A DNA stretch of 61,795 nucleotides from NCBI GenBank assembly GCA_964012435.1, contig CAXGSM010000007.1, positions 1 to 61,795 on the forward strand, written 5' to 3'. Below the pieces are notes generated by a model. The model made no database searches. It was not told the origin of the DNA and saw only the letters and a list, made by a program, of their open reading frames with translations. Shown piece after piece: positions 9,041-18,170 of the stretch. This DNA comes from an uncultured bacterium. Lineage in GTDB: Bacteria; UBP7; UBA6624. Within the stretch, counting starts at the first letter, position 1, and each line of letters begins with the position of its first letter. Both the position numbers and the translations under genes were made by a program.

Positions 9041-10660
9041 AATTAAAAAAATAATAATTGCAAGATTTTGAGAAAAATTATTTTTTTCATTTAAGCTGTC
9101 TTTTCCACCCTTGAAGGCTGAAGCAAAGACATTTTTGAATCCTTTTGAAATTTCTTTTTTATTTTTACGAGCCGCCTCCCGAAGCAACTTTGCTGTATTG
9201 GCCAGGATTTTGCAAATGGAGTTAAATATTTGTATATATACGGTATTAATCTTTTTGTCTTTCGGTTTTAAATATTTTTTAAATATAAAGAAAGCCAATA
9301 TTGCAATGCCAAGAATTTCCAAAGAATGAATTACATGATACTTGCTCCAAGGTTGATAAATTGATTCTTTTATCACTGCTTGATTCGGCAGCATTTCATA
9401 AAGTAAATTTGGCATGAGCCCGAACAGAATACAAAGCATACCGGTTATCGCCATTGCAATTTTCATGTTTAACGGGATTTGTTTCACCTTGATAGCGCGC
9501 TTATTTAAAAAAGCATAGTAGCCCATCTTCAAGCCTATGGATAAAAAAGTTCCAATCGAAGCTAGATTTAAAATTTTAACTACAGGGTCTAAATGCAAAA
9601 GATGCGCTGCTTCGACAATCATTGATTTGCTTATAAACCCATTGAAAATTGGAGCTCCAGAAATGGACAGTGCCCCAACAACAAAAGACCAAAAGACAAA
9701 AGGGTATTGCCGAGCTAGGCCACCCATTTGTGATATTTTTTCTTTTCCGGTAGCGTAAATCAACGCTCCTGCCGTCATGAAAAGTAAACCTTTGTAAAGA
9801 ATATGACTAAATGCATGTGCCGATGACCCATCAAGCGAAAAAGATGTGCCTATCCCCACTCCAACTATCATGTAGCCAACCTGACTAATGATGTGACAAG
9901 AAAGCAGCTTTCTTACATTGTTGGATAGCATTGCTAGCGTGACGCCATAGAGCCCCATAAAACAACCCACATAAATTAACGGATCAAACGAAGGGAAGAA
10001 TTTAATCAAAGCAAAAACAGCAGCCTTGGTTGTAAATGCAGACAGGTAGACATTTGCTGTTGGGGATGCATTCGGGTAGGAGTCAGGAACCCATGAATGA
10101 AAGGGAGGAGCTGCAGCATTAATCAGAAAGCCTATCAGAATCATCAAAGCATAAGGCTCATTAACATTTGCAAAAATCACATTATCAAATTCAGAAGTTG
10201 GAAGATTTGCAACTCCAAACATAACCATTGAACCGGAAAACAAATGCACATAAAAGTATCTAATTCCAGAGTTCAATGACCTTGTTGTCCTGTTTGCAAG
10301 TATTAAAACAACAGATCCAAGAAGCATCATTTCCCAACAGAAAACAAAATTAAGCCAATTTGAACTTGTAACAACACCTATTGCACTTCCCGCATAAAAA
10401 ATAGAAGAACAATCTTGCAGTTTGTTTTTAGAATGCAAAGAATTTATGCTTGCCAGCAAGCTGATTAATATGAAAATAAAAGCAAATAAAAACTTTAGAT
10501 CTTCAAGTTCGGATCCAAATAAGAAAATCATTGAAGCTAAAGGGGCAAGTACCTGAATGATTTTTGCTATTGGGGTTTCCAGGTAGTATTTTTTTGGCAT
10601 TGCTGCAATTAAGGCAAACGCTATTGCAAAAGGATAAAAACAGTTTTCAAAATTTGCCAT
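9008..10660 (-). CDS. Mrp antiporter MrpD/NuoL-like subunit
   Basis: CWEMM, PPFHSWVPDSYP, HILYKGLLF; highly hydrophobic. Confidence 0.88.
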   Translation of the reverse strand: MANFENCFYPFAIAFALIAAMPKKYYLETPIAKIIQVLAPLASMIFLFGSELEDLKFLFAFIFILISLLASINSLHSKNKLQDCSSIFYAGSAIGVVTSSNWLNFVFCWEMMLLGSVVLILANRTTRSLNSGIRYFYVHLFSGSMVMFGVANLPTSEFDNVIFANVNEPYALMILIGFLINAAAPPFHSWVPDSYPNASPTANVYLSAFTTKAAVFALIKFFPSFDPLIYVGCFMGLYGVTLAMLSNNVRKLLSCHIISQVGYMIVGVGIGTSFSLDGSSAHAFSHILYKGLLFMTAGALIYATGKEKISQMGGLARQYPFVFWSFVVGALSISGAPIFNGFISKSMIVEAAHLLHLDPVVKILNLASIGTFLSIGLKMGYYAFLNKRAIKVKQIPLNMKIAMAITGMLCILFGLMPNLLYEMLPNQAVIKESIYQPWSKYHVIHSLEILGIAILAFFIFKKYLKPKDKKINTVYIQIFNSICKILANTAKLLREAARKNKKEISKGFKNVFASAFKGGKDSLNEKNNFSQNLAIIIFLISLFILVSTWK

Positions 10661-10661
10661 T

Positions 10662-12047
10662 TTAATTTAAAAGTGTTAGGACGCATGCTGATAATGTGAT
10701 GATCAATATCGGCACAGTCATACCATTAGATTCCTTTATTTTTTGTGTTTTTGACAATTCAAACCAACCCTTTATGACAATAGGCAAAAGGTAGGCAGCA
10801 CTAATCATTCCAGAAAGGACAAAAATTGAACTATAAATCGAACTTAATCCGTCAGGCACGTAGCCTAAGAGTTGAAATTTAGAAACGAATCCAACAACAG
10901 GTGGTAATCCAATTAAACCTAGAGACATTATCGTAAATGCTGAAAATGTTTTTGGGAGCATGGGCCCAATACCAGCTATTTCACTGATTTTCTTTTTACC
11001 TGTTTCGGTTTGTATCACTCCTGCAGCCATGAATAAGACAATTTTCATAAGTGCATGTGCTAAAAAATGTAAAACAGCTGCAAGCAGGCTAAAGCAGCCA
11101 GCGTAGACAATATAAGACAAATGTGCTATTGTTGAATATGCCAGTCTTTTTTTAAGATTGTCTTCACCGCATGCACGTATCGATGCATAAATTATTGTGA
11201 AGCCTGAAAAAAACAGAACGTATTTATATATTCCGGATTGAAAAAACAAATCTAAGCCAATAACATTATGTATCACAATCAAAATAGCAAAAACCCCAGC
11301 TTTCACAACTGCAACCGCGTGCAATAAGGCTGATACAGGGGTTGGTGCAACCATTGCTTTTGGAAGCCAGCTATGTAAAGGGAAAACAGCAGCTTTAACT
11401 GATGATCCAAGCAGCAATGCTGCCATCGTTATTTTCTGTAGATTACTTGGAACCATTTCTAACATTCCATTTGCATATTGGAAATTCATATTGCCTGAAT
11501 ATTTCCATATTATTACTATTCCCAGCATCATCAGAGAGGCACCACCCAATGTGTAGTACAGATAGAGTCTTGCTGATTTTTTTGCCTTTTGGTTTTCTTT
11601 ATGGGCAACAAGAGGCCAAGTTGCCATTGTTAACAATTCATAAAAAATAAACAAACTTAATAAATTTGCAGAAATAGAAATACCAATTGCGCTACTAACG
11701 GCTAGTGTAAATAATGATAAAAATCTTGTTGATTTTTTTAGAGAATTTTTTTGAATATATGACAGTGTATAAAAGGCAGCAAACAACCAAAGAACCGAAG
11801 CCACATATAAAAAGAGTGTTGCGACCATGTTGGGGCTATCCACAACTGCTAGACTAAGCCCATTTCCAAAGTCAGCAATTTTAATTTCGTTTACAAGTGA
11901 ACCTCTTTGATATGTGATGTTTTGTAGCAAAACTAAAAAAGGAGCAGTTATGAATATTATGTTACGGAATATGTGTTTGTTTTTACTGAGAGCAATGCAT
12001 AAGCTCGCTATAAATCCTGTAGAAACCATTAAGATCATTTCATTCAT
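10662..12047 (-). CDS. Mrp antiporter MrpD-like subunit
   Basis: FYELL, PLHSWLPKAMVAPTPVSALLH, KRLAYST. Confidence 0.88.
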   Translation of the reverse strand: MNEMILMVSTGFIASLCIALSKNKHIFRNIIFITAPFLVLLQNITYQRGSLVNEIKIADFGNGLSLAVVDSPNMVATLFLYVASVLWLFAAFYTLSYIQKNSLKKSTRFLSLFTLAVSSAIGISISANLLSLFIFYELLTMATWPLVAHKENQKAKKSARLYLYYTLGGASLMMLGIVIIWKYSGNMNFQYANGMLEMVPSNLQKITMAALLLGSSVKAAVFPLHSWLPKAMVAPTPVSALLHAVAVVKAGVFAILIVIHNVIGLDLFFQSGIYKYVLFFSGFTIIYASIRACGEDNLKKRLAYSTIAHLSYIVYAGCFSLLAAVLHFLAHALMKIVLFMAAGVIQTETGKKKISEIAGIGPMLPKTFSAFTIMSLGLIGLPPVVGFVSKFQLLGYVPDGLSSIYSSIFVLSGMISAAYLLPIVIKGWFELSKTQKIKESNGMTVPILIITLSACVLTLLN

Positions 12048-13447
12048 GCCAAACCTTCCAAAGCGCTGATTATCCTAGGTAAAAAGATTCCAAAAATAAT
12101 TACCAAAGAGCAATTAAAGACAATTGGGAAATAAGTTGTTTTAGGTATTGAGGATTTTGGTTTTTTTGTATATTTAGTAAACACAATATTTTCGAGAATT
12201 TTAAGAAAATATCCAGCCGTTAAGAGGCTTGACAATAAAATGACAGCAACAATAAAGAAATTGTTTTTCTCTAAACTACTAACTACAAGGTAGTATTTTG
12301 CAAAAAATCCTGCAAAGGGAGGAATTCCAGCAAGTGAGAATCCGCAAATTATAAAAACCCAAGACAAAATTGGTGATTTTTGGAAGGTTGATTTTAGGTC
12401 ATCAATTGTTTTTATATTGGCAAAGAATTCCAGTGCTCCAACAGAACAGAAAAGACTAAATTTAACAATGCTATGAGCAATTATTTGAATAAGTGTTCCT
12501 TTAACATCCAAAATGCCTATTCCAATTGCTACAAGGCCCAGCTGAGCGATACTGGAGTAGGCCAATATTTTTTTTAATTGAGTTTGTTTAACAGCTATTA
12601 AGCTTCCATAGATGACAGCACCTGCACCCATCAAGCTCAAAAAGAATTCAAAATTACTCCAGTTTATTTGATTTTGATGTAATTGCAATGCAATTTTAAA
12701 CAAGACAATTGCAGGCGCTTTTGTGACAATTGCAGGAATGATCCCCAGTGTTTTTGTTGGACTGTTTCCATATGCATCAGGTAGCCAAAAATGAAATGGA
12801 GTTAAGGCCATTTTGATCAGTAGTGAGGTGATTATCAATGCAAATCCAGCAGACATTGATTGACCAGGGTTAGAGAAGGTAGATATTTGAGCCAAGTTAA
12901 GGGTTCCAGAAGCACCATAAATTAACCCTGTCCCCAATAAAAAAATAACCCCAGCTACACCAGCAGCCAAAAGGTAATTAAAAGTAGCAAAAGCGCCCTC
13001 TTTTGTTTTGTAACCCATGATTGCAAATGCACAAATTGAGGATAATTCCAACCATACGTAAATATTAAATAAATCGCCACTTAGGCAGATTGCCTGTAAT
13101 GCACCCAGTAAAAATAATGCCAATGCAAAAAATAAGTTATCGTTTAGTTTCGACCTTGAAGGTATGGAGCCAGCATACATTAATCCAAAAAAGCCAATCA
13201 TCGACACCAAACAAACAAATGTTAGCCCAACAGGTTCGGCAAAAAATTCTATTCCATAAGGTGGCGTCCAGCCGCCCAGCCCAAAAGAGCCTTTAGACAA
13301 TAAATTATTGATGAATTTATCTTGAAAACAAAGTGCAAGATTTACAAGCGCAAATGCTATAGCAATTTTTTTTGCATTTATTTTTTTATTAGCCAGGATG
13401 CAAAATGTTGCACCAACGAAGAAAGACAAGGGAATTGCAAAAATCAT
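12044..13447 (-). CDS. mrpD: Mrp antiporter subunit D
   Basis: GWTPPYGIE, DLFNIYVWLE, PFHFWLPDAY, ILAYSS. Confidence 0.9.
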   Translation of the reverse strand: MIFAIPLSFFVGATFCILANKKINAKKIAIAFALVNLALCFQDKFINNLLSKGSFGLGGWTPPYGIEFFAEPVGLTFVCLVSMIGFFGLMYAGSIPSRSKLNDNLFFALALFLLGALQAICLSGDLFNIYVWLELSSICAFAIMGYKTKEGAFATFNYLLAAGVAGVIFLLGTGLIYGASGTLNLAQISTFSNPGQSMSAGFALIITSLLIKMALTPFHFWLPDAYGNSPTKTLGIIPAIVTKAPAIVLFKIALQLHQNQINWSNFEFFLSLMGAGAVIYGSLIAVKQTQLKKILAYSSIAQLGLVAIGIGILDVKGTLIQIIAHSIVKFSLFCSVGALEFFANIKTIDDLKSTFQKSPILSWVFIICGFSLAGIPPFAGFFAKYYLVVSSLEKNNFFIVAVILLSSLLTAGYFLKILENIVFTKYTKKPKSSIPKTTYFPIVFNCSLVIIFGIFLPRIISALEGLA

Positions 13448-13800
13448 AATTTTGATTTTTCCCTCTTGGTTATCACGCTTTCTTTTGAGGTTCGGTAGCC
13501 TTTGTTGATCTTGATTAGCAATGAGAGAGCGACAGCTGTAAACGCAACACCCACCACTATTGCAGTTAACATTAAAACATGAGGAAGAGGTGCTATATAG
13601 CCTGTTTCTCCTTGTGGGTTGATAGGTATTTTTCCGTTATTAAGATAAGCTAAATTGATAAAAAATAAAATTGCTGAACTTTGCATGATGTTGATACCAA
13701 TAATTTTTTTAAAAAGATTATCTTGAGACAAAACACCCCACAAGCCCAAAATCAACAGTGCACAATTTGCAATGTACGGAAATTTGTTTAAAAGTTCCAT
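13444..13800 (-). CDS. mrpC: Mrp antiporter subunit C
   Basis: NLFKKIIG, PLPHVLMLTAIVVG. Confidence 0.92.
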   Translation of the reverse strand: MELLNKFPYIANCALLILGLWGVLSQDNLFKKIIGINIMQSSAILFFINLAYLNNGKIPINPQGETGYIAPLPHVLMLTAIVVGVAFTAVALSLLIKINKGYRTSKESVITKREKSKL

Positions 13801-14232
13801 CTAGTAGTTTTTTTCTCCAAGTGTGTCGAACATTAAAACCATTGTCCCAGCCACACATAAGGTGACACCAATCTCAATAAACATAATTCCCCAATAGTGA
13901 TTCATTGATGAATTTAAAGCTGAAAACAAGCTTGAATAATCAAGATAGTTGCCTGTTTGAAACATTGCAATCAAGCCCGTTAGCAAGTAAATCAATACAC
14001 CTGTAACTGCAATCCGTAAAGCTTGTTTGTCAGTCATTATGGCCAATGTGTCTTTTTCTGGAAGCGTCATCCTGCTTAAAATGATTCCAGCAGCAAGCAA
14101 CGCTCCTGATTGAAAACCGCCACCTGGTGATTCATGACCAAAGAATAATACATAAAAAGCAAATGTGAAAATGCAGGGTATCAGAATTCTTGAAACTGCA
14201 TCAACCACTAAACTCTTTGTCGGTCCTTTCAT
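13801..14232 (-). CDS. mrpB: Mrp antiporter subunit B (MnhB domain)
   Basis: GHESPGGGFQSG, IEIGV. Confidence 0.92.
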   Translation of the reverse strand: MKGPTKSLVVDAVSRILIPCIFTFAFYVLFFGHESPGGGFQSGALLAAGIILSRMTLPEKDTLAIMTDKQALRIAVTGVLIYLLTGLIAMFQTGNYLDYSSLFSALNSSMNHYWGIMFIEIGVTLCVAGTMVLMFDTLGEKNY

Positions 14233-14501
14233 TTGATTTTTTTAGCCCCCAGTATTATTAGAACAGCTAAGCCTGCTGCAAAAACCACCATGGTTTCACC
14301 TAATGTATCTATTCCTCTCCAATCTGCAAGCACAGCTGTGATGGTGTTTTTTGTATGTGTTTTTTTATATGTCTCTCTTAAATAAACAGTATTTATTTTT
14401 TCATGAATTGGACCAGGTTCTCCAAATTTTGGGATATCCTTTTGAGCAAAGATAAGAACAAACCCAAAAAGCACAAGCACAAACAGACTCTTAATTTTCA
14501 T
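14229..14501 (-). CDS. Mrp/Mbh small subunit (MbhE-like)
   Basis: NTITAVLADWRGIDTLGE. Confidence 0.88.
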   Translation of the reverse strand: MKIKSLFVLVLFGFVLIFAQKDIPKFGEPGPIHEKINTVYLRETYKKTHTKNTITAVLADWRGIDTLGETMVVFAAGLAVLIILGAKKIK

Positions 14502-14754
14502 TTTTACCTGCTCTTATGTGCCATATTGCTGCCACAACAATAACACTATTAACACCAGCACCTATTACTGCTTCCGTCAAGCCAACATCGACAGCCCCTA
14601 AAGAAGAATAAAGTATTGCCATGCAAAACGAGAAACCACCAAGCGATATTGCTGAGACCACCAGGTCTTTGTTTGTCAATGCTGTTGTTGCAAGTGCAAA
14701 TAACACTAGGTATAGAAAAATATTTAGTTCAAAGATCATTTTGATTTTTTCCAA
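14491..14754 (-). CDS. Mrp/Mbh small subunit (DUF4040/MbhD-like)
   Basis: AVDVGLTEAVIGAG; true start may be 14739. Confidence 0.85.
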   Translation of the reverse strand: MEKIKMIFELNIFLYLVLFALATTALTNKDLVVSAISLGGFSFCMAILYSSLGAVDVGLTEAVIGAGVNSVIVVAAIWHIRAGKNEN

Positions 14755-15035
14755 AATTTTATATTTGAATGCTTAGCCGTTCTCCCAACAAGATGAGCCG
14801 ATGTTGGGTTTGCAATGGCAATAAAAATTAGCATGAGAAATATTTTTAACACCTGATGCCAATCATCAAGCTGCATGGATATACCAGCAAAAGCAAGGAA
14901 TATACCCAATGTATCACATTTCCCACTTGCATGTAGCTTGCAATAAATATCTGGCATTTTAATTATGCCAATACTGCCAATTGCTAAAAAAAACAAGCCT
15001 GACCACAAAATCACATTAGACAATAATTCAACCAT
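14736..15035 (-). CDS. mrpG: Mrp antiporter subunit G
   Basis: PDIYCKLHASGKCDTLG, NPTSAH. Confidence 0.92.
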   Translation of the reverse strand: MVELLSNVILWSGLFFLAIGSIGIIKMPDIYCKLHASGKCDTLGIFLAFAGISMQLDDWHQVLKIFLMLIFIAIANPTSAHLVGRTAKHSNIKFWKKSK

Positions 15036-15285
15036 TGCCTTTCTCTCTCATTCTTAAAAATCTTGTTAAAACTACAACACCTATAAAATTCAGTAATGCA
15101 TAACCTATTGCTACGTCAATAAAAAAATTAATTTCGTTATAGCTTAAACCCAATAACAAAATCAAAACAAGAACCTTATTGCTGAACACATTCAAACCAA
15201 TCAATCTTTCATAAGGCGAGGATCCTTTTAAAAGGAGCCTCAACGGCAATATTGCTAAAATGACAATAATAATTAATTCAATCAT
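15028..15285 (-). CDS. mrpF: Mrp antiporter subunit F
   Basis: GSSPYERLIG, DVAIGYALLNFIG. Confidence 0.9.
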   Translation of the reverse strand: MIELIIIVILAILPLRLLLKGSSPYERLIGLNVFSNKVLVLILLLGLSYNEINFFIDVAIGYALLNFIGVVVLTRFLRMREKGNG

Positions 15286-15781
15286 TTTCGTTTTTAAAAA
15301 CCTCAGAGATTTTTTTATTCAGCTCCCCAACCTTTATTAGATGAGTAAATTCTTCATTTAGCGCGTGAACTTCGAAATTGTCACCAAAAACATTCAATGT
15401 AATTGTTCCAGGTGTTAATGTTATCGAGTTAGCCAGCAGCGACCTTGCCAGCGGGTGTTTTAGGTTTGATTTAAAAACCATCACCTGTGGATCCAAATTA
15501 TTTTTATTCGATAATATTATTTTTGCAACATGAATATTTGCAATAAAAATTTGCCAGCCAAGCCAGAGTGTGTATTTAAACAAATAGAGCCAATTCAAAT
15601 CGAAAATGTAAAATTTATTTTTAGAAACGGAAATAAACAATATCTTTTTGCACCAGTAATAGACAAGCATGATTGTTAGTAGCCCAAAATACAAATGTTT
15701 ATCATCAAATGACGAAAAAATTAACCAAATTAATACCAATAGAGCAAGAAATGAAAAACCTAAACGTGCATGAGTTTTCAT
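15278..15781 (-). CDS. mrpE: Mrp antiporter subunit E
   Basis: ANIHVA, LANSITLTPGT, VHAL. Confidence 0.93.
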   Translation of the reverse strand: MKTHARLGFSFLALLVLIWLIFSSFDDKHLYFGLLTIMLVYYWCKKILFISVSKNKFYIFDLNWLYLFKYTLWLGWQIFIANIHVAKIILSNKNNLDPQVMVFKSNLKHPLARSLLANSITLTPGTITLNVFGDNFEVHALNEEFTHLIKVGELNKKISEVFKNEND

Positions 15782-15788
15782 CTAATCT

Positions 15789-15798
15789 ACTTTATCAT
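15789..15798. promoter_or_regulatory. Symmetric bidirectional -10 element (TAAAGT minus / TATCAT plus)
   Basis: ACTTTATCAT in a 25-bp divergent gap; 7 nt from mrpE ATG, 8 nt from nuclease ATG. Confidence 0.55.
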
Positions 15799-15806
15799 TA
15801 ATTCAT

Positions 15807-17153
15807 ATGAAAAAACAGCAAAAAGGAATGTGGCACACTGAAAGAGAAACGGAAAAAGCTGTTTACATTGTACGAATAGATGATAATTTTAAAAAATGGT
15901 TTCCTAAAAGGGTTGTAGATGGGCCAGATGAAACAGGTCTTTTGTACGTAGAGTCTTGGTTTATAAAAAATAACCCATTGCCAGAAATATTGGATGAAAG
16001 AGTGGATGTGCCAAAATTACCAGCACGGAAACCATGGAAAAAAGGCAGTTTATCTTTTTCAAAAGCAAGCCAGTATTTACTTTGCCCAAAACAATATTAC
16101 TTTTCTTATGAGAAAAAAATTCCTACCATGGTTAGCCCTCCTTTGTATCGCGGCAGTGTTGCTCATGCAGTTCTGGAATCTTTATTCAAGTGTGATTTAG
16201 ATAAAGCAAAACCATCCTCATACATAAAAGCACTCTTGATGGATTATTGGGACAAATACAAAGCACGTTTTGAAACATCTGCACGCAAGAAGGGCAAATG
16301 GGATGATTCCAAAAGAGATGATATTTTAGATCAGATTATTTGGGTTGTTCATAACATGACCGATGGCAAGATGGATAAAAGCTCTGTTCAATTACTGGGT
16401 CCAACCGAAACTGAATCATGTGTCTTTTCAGACGATGGCATCCTGGGAGGAATTATTGATGCGATTTTTATTGATGAGAACAATGATGTAAAAATTGTTG
16501 ATTACAAAACTGGAAAAGCAAAAAAGAATGAAATTGATTTCAATCATGAGTTGCAGGGTTGGCTTTATGCTTATTTGATTTCTGAGCGATTTAAAAAATT
16601 ACCCACCAGTGTAGAGTTTTGGTATACGGGATCACAGCAGATTAAAGAGCTGGAATTCGATCAAGAATCTATTGATGGTTGGATTTTGACCCTTAAGGAT
16701 GCTGCTGCAGAAATCAAACAACAGTCAGGATCACCACAATCTTTGTTTGAAGCAAGGCCATCTGAAAATAATTGTAAATGGTGTGACGCAAAGCCTTGGT
16801 GCGAGTCATATCATAGACATATTCAAGACATACCCTGGCAAAAGCAAGGTCGCTCGAAATCTTTAAAAGGTAGTGTTTTGAATGCTCAAAAACCATCAGG
16901 CAATAGGCCAGGAGCAGTTTTGATTAAAACTCAAGATGGCGAGGAGGTTGTTGTGAAAGGTTGGGAAAGATCAGGAAAGATTTTAGGATCATTAGAGGAG
17001 GGTGTTGATATTTTTTGTGTTGATGTTGACATTAGGCTTTCAGACTATTCAGGCAATCTTGAGGGAGTGGTAAATGATCCTTATTCAATTATTGCAAATG
17101 GGGCAATTGTGGAAACTGGTGAAAAATTGCCACACATTGCTACATTACAATAG
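15807..17153 (+). CDS. PD-(D/E)XK RecB/AddB-like nuclease with 4-Cys Fe-S staple and putative C-terminal OB fold
   Basis: SFSKASQYLLCP, GSVAH, GIID, VDYKTG, QGWLY, CKWCDAKPWC. Confidence 0.85.
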   Translation: MKKQQKGMWHTERETEKAVYIVRIDDNFKKWFPKRVVDGPDETGLLYVESWFIKNNPLPEILDERVDVPKLPARKPWKKGSLSFSKASQYLLCPKQYYFSYEKKIPTMVSPPLYRGSVAHAVLESLFKCDLDKAKPSSYIKALLMDYWDKYKARFETSARKKGKWDDSKRDDILDQIIWVVHNMTDGKMDKSSVQLLGPTETESCVFSDDGILGGIIDAIFIDENNDVKIVDYKTGKAKKNEIDFNHELQGWLYAYLISERFKKLPTSVEFWYTGSQQIKELEFDQESIDGWILTLKDAAAEIKQQSGSPQSLFEARPSENNCKWCDAKPWCESYHRHIQDIPWQKQGRSKSLKGSVLNAQKPSGNRPGAVLIKTQDGEEVVVKGWERSGKILGSLEEGVDIFCVDVDIRLSDYSGNLEGVVNDPYSIIANGAIVETGEKLPHIATLQ

Positions 17154-17159
17154 GAAGGA

Positions 17160-18152
17160 ATGACATTTCTAACAGATACACTTGCCAATATTAAGAATTT
17201 TCTAGTTGAGAGTGGAGGGGAAATTGCTTCAGCAGATCAAATAGAAGAAGCTTCCTTTGCTCCACAGCGATTGGATTTAAGAGATACTACAACAGTGCAT
17301 GAAGGTGGGATGATTCAGGATTTAAAAATTGCAAAATCAGATACCGAGGACTTGTCCATTAGATGGTTTACTGATGGAGTCCAAAAAACTTTCCTGATAG
17401 GAACTTTTGATTTTGGCAGGAACCCAGTAACGGTTCATTATTCAATTATTGCAAGTTTGATTATTGGATTTAGGGATGGAAATTTTGAAATGTGGGGACA
17501 ACCTAGGATTGAGGAGTTTGCATTGGTTTCAAAGTCTTTATTAGGTTCTGAACTTCCAAAAGGTTTTTTGGATACTGGGGAGAAGACAGGATATTTTGGT
17601 GCGCAAAGGTATGCTGCAGTTATGAGAGCCAGGGAAGAAAGACATAGATTGGAGTCAAATCATCTTTATGAATGGGCAGAAGAGAAGAAATATCAAGAAA
17701 AAATTTTGGTTGATGGATCTTTAGCACATCTTCCTAAACCGATTCCTTGTGCTGTTGGATTGTGCAAAGACAATCATCCTTTGTTTTTTACGCCAGAAAC
17801 ACAACGTAACATCCTCAGTCTTGGCTATTCTGAAAGAAGCGCATTGTTTTCGTACTCGACTCCACAAAAAGACGAAATAACAAGTTGGTTTTTGAGAATC
17901 AGGCAACCTCGTGCACATTCAGCTAATTTTGGCCTAATCAGACCTGAAGTTTACGAAGGGATGCCACTTGATCCTGGAAGTGTCGATGAGGTTTCGAGGT
18001 TGGTTTTTAGTTTAAGAAATCCGGTTTCTTATCCAAGCCCAAAATGGGAAAGATTAGTTCACCCATTGAAGGTTTGTACTGATTTTTTAACAAATCATTT
18101 ACCCAAGGCTGAAACAATTAAATGGTTTTTACATGGAGCGATAGTAACCTAA
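17160..18152 (+). CDS. nurA: NurA-family nuclease
   Basis: FTDGVQ and ILVDGSL acidic motifs, SWFLRIR, GLIRPE; directly upstream of HerA. Confidence 0.75.
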   Translation: MTFLTDTLANIKNFLVESGGEIASADQIEEASFAPQRLDLRDTTTVHEGGMIQDLKIAKSDTEDLSIRWFTDGVQKTFLIGTFDFGRNPVTVHYSIIASLIIGFRDGNFEMWGQPRIEEFALVSKSLLGSELPKGFLDTGEKTGYFGAQRYAAVMRAREERHRLESNHLYEWAEEKKYQEKILVDGSLAHLPKPIPCAVGLCKDNHPLFFTPETQRNILSLGYSERSALFSYSTPQKDEITSWFLRIRQPRAHSANFGLIRPEVYEGMPLDPGSVDEVSRLVFSLRNPVSYPSPKWERLVHPLKVCTDFLTNHLPKAETIKWFLHGAIVT

Positions 18153-18170
18153 AATAGTAAGGATGGTATT

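Noticed and set aside
9008..15781. Membrane-bound hydrogenase or complex I
   Set aside because: No NiFe, Fe-S or NuoH-like subunits present.
15807..17153. Cas4 / CRISPR system
   Set aside because: The 4-Cys RecB-like fold is shared with AddB-type nucleases; no cas1/cas2 or repeat-spacer array seen in the window.
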